A stretch of 64,000 nt of DNA, from NCBI RefSeq assembly GCF_006345805.1, contig NC_043002.1:37014001-37078000 (forward strand), given 5' to 3'. The position numbers were made by a program, and so were the translations under genes. The notes beneath the pieces were generated by a model. It ran no database searches. It was given only the letters and a program-made list of their open reading frames with translations, and was not told the origin of the DNA. Origin of the DNA: Octopus sinensis (Eukaryota). This document shows, one piece after another, positions 54,322 to 64,000 of this stretch (position 1 is the stretch's first letter; each line of letters begins with the position of its first letter).

Positions 54322-55077
54322 ATATATACGCATATATATATATATATTTATACACACATGCACACATGTATCCATCTTAATTTGTAATAATGATTTTCGA
54401 CATAAGTACATGGTCACAAATTTTAGGGGACGGTATAGTCAATCTAATTAACTTCAGTACTTGACTGCCAGAGTCAACCACACAAATTCATTTTAGAACA
54501 TAAAATAACTTACCTAAATACTGATGGCATTTAGTCTAGCAGCACTACCAATTTAGCTATAGCCAACTCAGTTTTAATGCAGGCACACAGTCACTGGTAC
54601 ACAGTAGGGAAAAGTAGATAGTCGACGAATTTGAACTTGATTGTAAGTAGTGTTACTACTCTGAGTAATGATAGCCCTGAGCTATCAGAATTATTAAAGC
54701 ATTTGGGAAAGTACTTTGCAGTTCTTGATTAGGTTCTTCTTTACATTCTAAGTTCAAATTCCACTTGAGTCAACTTTGCATTTCATCCCTCCAGGGGTCA
54801 ATTAAGTACTGGGACTGATGGTTCTGCCTAGTCTCTTCTCAAATTTTTTGACCATGTGATCCTAAATTAGTAGTGGCAGCAGCTGCCCTCCTCCTCTTCC
54901 TCGCATCCTCCCCTCCCCCCTCCTCACCACCACCACCACTACCAAGAAGAAAGAAAAACAAAAGAAAAATACTCAAGACTTAACACTTTATTAAAGAATC
55001 TCAGTCTTGCGTGAAATATTCTTAATCAAGCTTAATAAATTAATTTTAGCAATACATTAAATAAAAGCTCCACTTAC

Positions 55078-55290
55078 CATTTTTCATGAATTTTGTCCAC
55101 TTGTTTGGTATAACTGTTTCTTCTCTCCACTCTCCTTCTATGTCACTTTCACCACTGTCTGTCACCTCTTGTTCAGAATGTGAGAAATGACTAAGATGTG
55201 CATCACATTCATTGTGAATGCATGTGAGCTGCGGTGCAGACAAGCGCTTTTCTCCCAAGATATCAACAAGGAGACTTTCAGCGAGGGCTC
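55078..55290 (-). CDS. Cav3: Cav3 T-type calcium channel coding exon, distal I-II linker (213 nt, phase 1-1): (G)ALAESLLVDILGEKRLSAPQLTCIHNECDAHLSHFSHSEQEVTDSGESDIEGEWREETVIPNKWTKFMKN(E)
   Basis: Acceptor ttttttag|GAGCC and donor AATG|gtaagt; open frame; phase joins the 44459 exon (G|AA = Glu); an acidic Ser/Asp/Glu cluster precedes IIS1 as in Cav3 linkers. Homology of this exon alone is not recognisable by eye. Confidence 0.75.
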
Positions 55291-55432
55291 CTAAAAAATA
55301 ACAACAAATAATAAATGCTTGAATACATACATACATACATATGGGGGGGAATCCACAAAAAACAAAAGACAAAGACCGGTGGTGTAGACAACAAACAGAT
55401 GTATTAGTTTAACGCTCGGGAAGTGAAACAGT

Positions 55433-55468
55433 TTTTAACATTTCAAGCCAACGCTCTTCCACAGAAAA
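55433..55468 (-). ncRNA. Hammerhead-like variant with CUGU-N-GA core, about 145 nt upstream of a Cav3 acceptor
   Basis: Minus strand: TTTT CTGTGGA A GAGC GTTG GCTT GAAA T GTT AAAA. Confidence 0.4.
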
Positions 55469-55597
55469 CAACACAGAAAGAAACAAAGAGAGAAAATTAA
55501 GGATGTGTAGTGGCTAGCGATCTATCATGGTGAATGCCGGACAGAAGGGTCACACAGGAGAGCAAGGAAGAAGGGGAGATAATAAAGTAGTGGTGAT

Positions 55598-55648
<51 letters not shown>

Positions 55649-58170
55649 TATGTATATATGTATATATACATATATATATACATATATATATATACACATA
55701 ATATATATATATACACTCATATATATATACATGCATTTATATATACATACACTCACACACACATGCATGCACACATACACACACACATATACACATATAT
55801 ATATACATAATTTAATAGCTGGCTTATCTTTAAGTTATATTACAACTAAAAGTTCCACTATTTGTAGATCCACAGGTAACATATCCAATTTGCCTTTCAT
55901 ATCACATGCTAGAAAAAATTGGATTTTATTCATCACCTGAAGATTTGGAAAAGATGAAAAATTTTAGCTGTTATCTAACTGAAGGATAAACCTGCTGTTT
56001 AATATGAATATGTTTCTCTACATTATTAAATCATATTCTTTTGTTGAGTTCAATTTTGCTTGATTTGTTTAAACTCATACAAGCATATATGCATACATAT
56101 ATCTGACTATAAATGATATTGGTTGTGCTTTTATAAGAAAGAAACTCAATTTAGAGAAAAGAACAAACTAGAGTATGATATTTTAATTTCAATTGAAAAG
56201 TAGAACACTAACTCTGGGTTATATACATGCATAAATGTATCACATGTAGTTAGTTTATAGACAAGAAATTCTCAAACAATACTTCTAAGATTAATTCTTT
56301 TTATGTGGCTTCTGTATTTTTTAACCCAATTATTTTTAAAATTCAAGTTATCATTTGTCTATTCATTTTAGGTATTTATTTATCCAATCTAAAAGCTTAA
56401 TTGTCATGAAAGCGTCTTTGCCAATCAGATGTAACATGAAGACAGAAAAAAAACCCCCAAAAAATGAGAAATCACTACGAGCAACAACAATGAAAAACCA
56501 ATTAAATGAAAAATAATTTTCTTTAGGCAGAGTGTAAACTATAAAATACCACCAAGGTAGATAAAGAGTTAAATGCAAAACTTTTAAATAAAAAAAAAAT
56601 ATATATTTATGGAATAGATTATACTAATTAAATTAAAGAGAAAACAAGGTGTCTACTAATGCACAAAAGACAGATTAAAAGAGTGAAAACTAATAAATAA
56701 TTATTAATCGTGGAAAAATAATCTAAGGAACCCCAACAAAACTAAAATTTGTAATTATTGAATTAATCACTGTATGTCTTAATATGTTTAACGTTAAAAA
56801 AAAATAGAAAAAGAAACTGAATAATCATTTCTTTATATTCATTTGTAATATTTTTACTTCTGTTGATGCAATTATCACAGTCACTGTTGTTGTTGTTGTT
56901 ATTATTGTATATGTCTTTAGACTTCTCAGCTAAGAGAAAAAATTTTTTCACTTTTTTCCTAAATTTTTTCCTCACCTCTGAAAATGTGATCACTTTTAAT
57001 TTTAACCAGAAAAAAAAACAAGAAAAATTCACTGGTTAATTATATTTTGAGAATTATATAATTTTGTTATATTTTGAAGTCAATACTTTTCAACTAATTT
57101 GTATGTATTTTGATGTGTTGATTTATTTGACTGACATGTAATTTATGTTAATATATGGTTTATTGTTCTTTTTTTTCATTTGAATAAAGGATAGAGAAAA
57201 AGCTAAAGAAAACTATGGTAAATTTAAAACTTAAAAACCATAGAAAAGTAGAATAATGTAAAGTACATGGAAAACAAACAAGTGTAGAATACAAAGTGAT
57301 TTGTGATAAAGAAAATCACAAGAAATAGCTGAGCTGCATATATTAAAAGTTGCAATTATTTGAAAAATGCCAGAGAATGAGAAGAAAAAACCAGAAAAGG
57401 GAAAAAAGGGGGACAATTTAAAAAATGATCTAAACAAAAACAAAACTACAAAACAAAGAAAGCCGTAATATTCGTACATCGATCATTTCTGAAACATTCT
57501 CAAAATGGTGTGGCATTTTAGATTTAAACTATTTTCTGTTCTGTAAAGAAATGCTTCTGCACTTTTTTTGACTCCCTCTTAAAGTTATCCAGATTTAAAT
57601 TGATATCTTTTTATCCCATACAGCATATAACTTTATAATATTCTGGGTTGGAAAGAAATGATTCAATGGAATAATGGGTTTAAGTCTTTGTTTGATATCT
57701 TATGGTTTTTGAAAGTTGATACCTGTCACATCTTATATGTACTTTCATTCTCTACAAAGTTAATAAAACCATAACTAAATACTAGAAATCAATAACCAAG
57801 TTAATAATTGTAAAAAAAATACAAGATAAAAATACAAACAAAATAGAACAGAATTATAACTCAACAATAACTTATAAGTTATATAGTTAGTAGGAACTTA
57901 AAATGCAGTACGATATGTACATTAAGGTCATTAGTTACAAACCTAGCTATGGCTGTTTTGTACTATACATCTAATGCTAACCACTCAACCCTGAAAGGAA
58001 AATTGCTTTCCTTGGTTTGCCTACCTTACATGAAAATCAATAATATGCTTTTGTAAAATTATTTTCTTTAACGATTGTACCATAAGAAATAGACAGAATG
58101 TCAATACATATACATGCAAACATGTATGTATGTATGTATGTATGAATGTATGCATGTATGCATGTGTGTA

Positions 58171-58238
<68 letters not shown>

Positions 58239-58388
58239 AGAGGAATAGAACAACCTGCTACCTCAGAAGTCTACTGTGGATCCCTAGCTCCAGCCTCAGC
58301 TGTGAGCTTGGAACCTAACGGATGATCAATTATAGCACTTACACTGCTTACCTATTCGTTTACATCACCAGTAAACTAAACCCCTCAT

Positions 58389-58419
<31 letters not shown>

Positions 58420-58574
58420 CTATATATCATCATAATCATCATCATCGTTTAGCGTCCGCTTTCCATGCTGGCATGATATATACATATATATATATCATTT
58501 TCATTTTACATTTTATCACTTTATCTAGTTTCAGCTCACGAGCTGTGGCCATGCTGGGGCACCATATATATATA

Positions 58575-59724
58575 TTGGGTCATCCCATAAATAATGCATT
58601 TCTTTCAATTGCATGAACTAAAAGTTGGAGGGGGATGGGATAAACTACCTGCATCAACTTGCTACAAAAGCAGCTATTAATTTTACCTTGTCCTTATTCT
58701 AAGTGAAACTTTTAAAGAGTGCAGTTCGATTTTATCAGTTATTTTTCAAAGCTATAATGGAAGTGATGAAGGAGCATATTCAAACTGTTTTGCTTTATGA
58801 GTTCAATAAAGGCAATAATGCAACAAAAAGTGTGAATAATATAAATGCAATATATGGGGATCAGATAATAAGCATAAGCCAGTATCAACGTTGGTTCCAG
58901 AAATTCTGAGCTGGAAACTACAGTTGGATTTGGTCATTCAACCATCCATTGGCACCTATGTGCCATTGGAAAAGACAGCAAATTGGGTCAGTGGGTTCCT
59001 CACAAATCTTCTGAGTTTAATCACATGTAGAAAGTGCATGTTTGCTTGTTTTTGCTGTCATGTCTCATGAATGAGCCTTTTTTGGACTGAATTGTAACTG
59101 GTGACAAGAAATGGGTTCTGTATAAAAATGTCAGGTGCTGAGGACAGTGGGTTGGGAAAGGAGAAACACTGGCAACCCAGGCTAAAGAAGGTCTTCCGCC
59201 ATGTAAGGTGTTATTTGTTTGGTGGGATATGAAAAGGTTTAGTTCAATTTGAACTTTTAAACTCAAACCTAGTGATAGCTAAGGAGATCTACCATGAGCA
59301 GCTTGAGTGGTTTAAGCCAGCACTAGAAGAAAAAGGACCCTCTTTGGTTTCAAGACGAAAGGTGTTCTTCCATCAGGATAATGCTCGGCAACATACAGTG
59401 AAAATGACATTCCAAAGGCTGGAGCAGTTTAAATGGGAAATGATACCCCATCCATCCAATTTGATGGATATTGTCCCTTCTGATTATCATTTATTCCACA
59501 GTCTTCAAAATCATTTGGATGGAAAAAATATGAATTCTGTAGACGAGCTCAGAACAGTACTGTAGGAATATTTTTCATCATGGACAAGTGAATTTTAGAA
59601 GTCTACCAGATAGATGTAGGAAATGAAGGAGAGTATATTTTAGATTAATAAATAACTTTGTTTATCTTAATTTTGAAAAATAAAAGAAGTATAAAAAAAC
59701 TGCATTATTTATAGGATGACCAAC
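58575..59724 (+). mobile_element. Decayed, internally deleted mariner transposon
   Basis: 24-bp TIRs (21/24 match) flanked by TA; transposase remnants KEHIQTVLLYEF..QRWFQKF, WVPH, IVTGDKKW, HQDNARQH, DIVPSDYHLF; premature stops. Confidence 0.92.
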
Positions 59725-59772
<48 letters not shown>

Positions 59773-60064
59773 TAGATATATAAATAAATAAATGGAGTTA
59801 AACGCAGGTGTTATTCAAATTCTTTTACTTCCGACGTATTTTTTCGAAGACAACATTGGTATTATTCCAGAAGGAATAAAATGGTGTAAAACAAGGCAAT
59901 CTTCTCATCAGGGAAATAAAGAAACCAAACACATGAATAAGACATTTTAACAGGATGTGATGACTGTGTATATTGATGAAGGAAACGCTATTAAGTTGTT
60001 TTTAAAAAAACTTTTAGTAGATATAATGTCAAAGGTAGCATACAGAAAGAGAAGAGGGAGAAGG

Positions 60065-60118
<54 letters not shown>

Positions 60119-60135
60119 ACACATGTATACATATG

Positions 60136-60432
60136 TGAGGGTGCATGGCCTTGTAGTTAGGGTATTGGAATCATGATTGAGTGATTGTGATTTCAATTCC
60201 TAGGCCAGGTGGTGCATTGTGTTCTTGACTGAAACACTTCGTCTAACATTGCTTGGCGATCACTTCGACATCCGATGTGTGACACACAGTGCACCTATTC
60301 AGACAATGTTGATTTGATGGAGACAGGGAACTAATATGAAGCATGAACATTTGATCACTATAAACAAATCATTTTCGTAGGTCGTTTGGCAAAAGCTGAA
60401 CACTCATTTGTCATCTTCAATGGGAGAGTCCA
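60136..60432 (+). mobile_element. SINE family F (second copy about 20829-21105)
   Basis: Both copies share a tRNA-like head and TTTGATCACTATAAACAAAT...GGGAGAGTCC. Confidence 0.7.
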
Positions 60433-60438
60433 TCATCG

Positions 60439-60469
<31 letters not shown>

Positions 60470-60655
60470 TATCATCATCATTGTTTAACATCCACTTTCC
60501 ATGCTAGCATGGGTTGGACGATTTGACTGAGGTCTGGTGAACCAGATGGCTGCACCAGACTCCAATCTGATCTGGCAGAGTTTCTACAGCTGGATGCCCT
60601 TCCTAATGCCAACCACTCTAAGAGTGTAGTGGGTACTTTTACATGCCACCGGTAC

Positions 60656-60707
<52 letters not shown>

Positions 60708-60788
60708 GTCACTTTTTCATTTACTGGTCTTTACATTGCACAATAACTATGTTGGAGCATTGCCTAAAAGATATATTTGATCCTGTTG

Positions 60789-60820
<32 letters not shown>

Positions 60821-60881
60821 GTGTGTGTGTGTATGTGTGTGTGTGTATCTATCTATCTATATATATGTATGTATATGTATG

Positions 60882-60914
<33 letters not shown>

Positions 60915-61490
60915 ATGCATGCATGTGCATGTGTGTGTGTGTATACATACGTATGTATTTATGTATACACACAGGACATAATACATATAATAGGTTTTAT
61001 AAATATCTGTTACACAGAGATATACCTTGTGCTACACCAGTTTACCATTTGATCATTATTATTTAGAGTATAGATATGTGTTGTGAACCTTTGAAAGAAT
61101 AATTAGTTCTTATGTCATAATGTTTAATTCTGTAATTTTTGTTTTGGCCTACTATTATACAGAGGCAGCAAATTGGTAAAATCATTTGGATGTTGGTTAG
61201 AATGCCTTGCAATATTTATTCCAATTCTCTTCTCTTTGAGTCCAAGTCCTGCTAAAATTAACTTCTTTTTTTTCAAACTATTGGTGGATGCTGACGACCA
61301 CTCAGTTCAAAGCCTCTCTTGACCACAAATGGCCTGAACTCTTTGTATGAACACCACCCTGTACATAACTCCATGCCCCCCTACATGGCCTTACCTTTTG
61401 CTTTTTGAGCCCAAAAATTAACTTAACTAACTTAACTTAACACTTAATAAAGTTCCAGTCAAGTACATGAATAGGTTATTTTCTCTCTCA

Positions 61491-61530
<40 letters not shown>

Positions 61531-62639
61531 TGTGTATACAAGGGATTGTTTTGTGTTCCTATAGTTACCAATCAGCTGCAGCAGTCCAGTTCTGTTATTA
61601 ATATGTGGGTTGTTAATTAAAATAGCTTCTTTTGTTCGTGAGTTTCCAATGTCCCTTTCTGTTGCTTCGAGGGAAACTTGGATGTCTTGGGTGTGGGATT
61701 TCTGTAGGTGTTTTGTGACAGAAGAAGCATTAGCATAAAAGCTAACTTGATTAACAAGTACAGCCCATATATTAATAGTGGTTTCAAATTTTGGCACAAG
61801 GCCAAAAGGGGAGAGGGTAAATCAGTTACATCAACCCTAGTGCTCAACTGGTAATTATTTTATTGAACCTGAAAAGATGAAGACAAAGTTGACCCCATCG
61901 GCTATTGAACTCAGAACTTAAAAATGGATGAAATGCTGCAAAACATTCTGCCTGGTGTTTCTGACACCTTGCTACCTTAACCCACATATTAATAATAGAA
62001 CCAAACTGCATGCAGCTGATTGGCTGCTTTAGCAATATATAACAACCCCCCCCTCTCACACACAACAGGATAGAGAAGTCAACTCACAACACCATTTCTC
62101 TGAAGATTTCCTGAAGAAGAGGTTCTGTCACCAAAATATTGAAATACAAGACAAAAGTACCAACCATCAGCCTGTATCATTTTTTATAATTTGCAGTGTT
62201 TCTGCTTTATAAAAAAATAATAAAACACACACACACACACATACATGTGTATAAATGTATGAATTTATGTAGGCACAGATGGCCATATTTCAAATACCAA
62301 AGTTCAAATTACAAAGCTAAAGGAGACTCTCCTCTCCAAAGGATAACATAGAAATGCTTTAATTATATTGCAAACTTTTCTGTCATATGGAATTTCCCAA
62401 TTTCTATTATAAATGAAGTCACATTTAACCTTCCAATTTTCTTGTCATTAATATTGTCATCCTTAGAGGTCATTTTATGATTTAAAATATTGGTGGAAGC
62501 TGAGTAATTTATGTATATAAGTGTATCTATCTATTTGTCTGTCTATCTCCCTTTCTCTCTCTCTTTGTATATATATATATATGTATGTATCTATCTATAT
62601 ATATATATGTAGATACATACATACATATAATATATATAT

Positions 62640-62701
<62 letters not shown>

Positions 62702-62928
62702 CATACATGGCAAAAATGAGTTGTACTTGTATTTCAAAGGGTCAGCCTTGTCACTCTCTGTGTCACGCTGATTATCCCCGAGAACTACGTTAAGGGTACA
62801 CGTGTCTGTGGAATGCTCAGCCATTTGCACGTTAATTTCACGAGCAAGCTGTTCCGTTGATCGTATCAGCTGGGACCCTCGTCGTCGTAACCGGCGGAGT
62901 CTTTTTAGATATATATATATATATATAT

Positions 62929-62991
<63 letters not shown>

Positions 62992-63085
62992 TATAGGGGG
63001 AGAATTGACAAAAAAAACAAAAGATGAAGACAGGTGGTGTAGACAACAACAGATGTATTAGTTTAACGCTCAGGAAATGAAGAAG

Positions 63086-63123
63086 TCTTTAACGTTTCGA
63101 GCCTACGCTCTTCCACAGAAAGG
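63086..63123 (-). ncRNA. Hammerhead-like variant with CUGU-N-GA core, best-preserved copy
   Basis: Minus strand: CCTTT CTGTGGA A GAGC GTAG GCTC GAAA C GTT AAAGA. Confidence 0.5.
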
Positions 63124-63266
63124 AACACAGAAAGAAACAGGGAGAGAAAATAAAAAATATATTAATAATAATGATGAGACAGCAAAAGAATGAAAGAGAT
63201 CTCGATATTATGTAAATAGAGGAATTTATTTGTAATATAATATGTGACAATTATTCGGTTGCCATA

Positions 63267-63325
63267 ATAAAACTCCGAGTTTTGGATGTCAGGGCGGAAA
63301 TCTGCACCGACATCTCTTCAGTTAT
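63267..63325 (-). ncRNA. Degenerate hammerhead motif (GAAA>AAAA)
   Basis: Minus strand: ATAA CTGAAGA GATGTC [18 nt] GACATC C AAAA CTCGGAG TT TTAT. Confidence 0.4.
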
Positions 63326-64000
63326 AGAGGCAATTAAAATATGCTATGAAAATGACCATTAAACAAAGGAAAATTACTATGTAAATGACCATTATTAAGA
63401 CAAAAGAATGATCGTTAAATAAGGTAAAAAACTGAAGGGGAGAAAGTAAAAAGTAAAAGAGTTAGAAAGCTCATAGCAATCATGTGTGCACGCATGTACA
63501 TACATACACATTTGTGTATGCACACCCACGTACATGTGCGTATATGCATATGTTCACTGAGACTCACATGAAACACACATATGTGCACCCACACATATGT
63601 CAAATAGATGTGCATATATATGCAACCATGCATGTTCACTTATACAAATCCACACACACACATGCACATATCCATACATGCACAGTTATATTCAAATACA
63701 CACACGCGAACGCACACATGTGCATGTAACCATATGCACACAGTTATATTCAAAGGCACATCTAAAAAACATACATGCTATATATGCATATGCTCACTTA
63801 CACTCACATGGACTCCCACGTAAATATGCAACCATACACATGTGCATATACATGTACATATATACATACCTGCACACACACACACATACAAAAATTTCAT
63901 ATGCACGTCTATATATGCACATGCACAAGAAAAAAGAAGTGTAGAAGGTAAAATACAGGAAAAAAGTGTAAAAATATATAAAGCACTGAAATTATGAAAA

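Larger units (their letters stand above)
44460..55077 (-). other. Cav3 intron, 10,618 nt (GT-AG)
   Basis: Bounded by the inferred donor at 55077 and acceptor at 44460. Confidence 0.7.

Noticed and set aside
62106-62145. ATTTC CTGAAGA AGA GGT..ACC AAAA TATT GAAAT hammerhead-like string
   Set aside because: Needs three extra bases, a G12 change and an AUU site; possibly a real relic but too degenerate to list as a feature.

Overview
This is an AT-rich, microsatellite- and SINE-dense animal genomic window. The repeat landscape suggests an octopus or other coleoid cephalopod; that is inference from recognised repeat sequences and has not been verified. The only supported host gene is a T-type voltage-gated calcium channel (Cav3) on the minus strand. 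Three coding exons (55290-55078, 44459-44338, 10592-10441) have canonical GT-AG sites and compatible phases (1-1, 1-0, 0-2). They join into one frame covering the end of the I-II linker and domain II S1-S3. The rest is intron: several tRNA-derived SINE families, RTE, CR1/L2-like and RLE-type LINE fragments, a decayed mariner, a hAT MITE, a Penelope-like (PLE) RT remnant and many simple repeats. The main unexplained signal is about 13 type I hammerhead-ribozyme-like motifs of several sequence families, many inside fold-back elements. They include a canonical-core copy on the pre-mRNA strand about 1.4 kb after an exon, a tRNA-headed hammerhead-tailed palindromic element with a 14-bp TSD, and a recurrent CUGU-N-GA core variant. 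Most ORFs in the supplied track are microsatellite artefacts. All structures were read by eye; no folding or database search was run.
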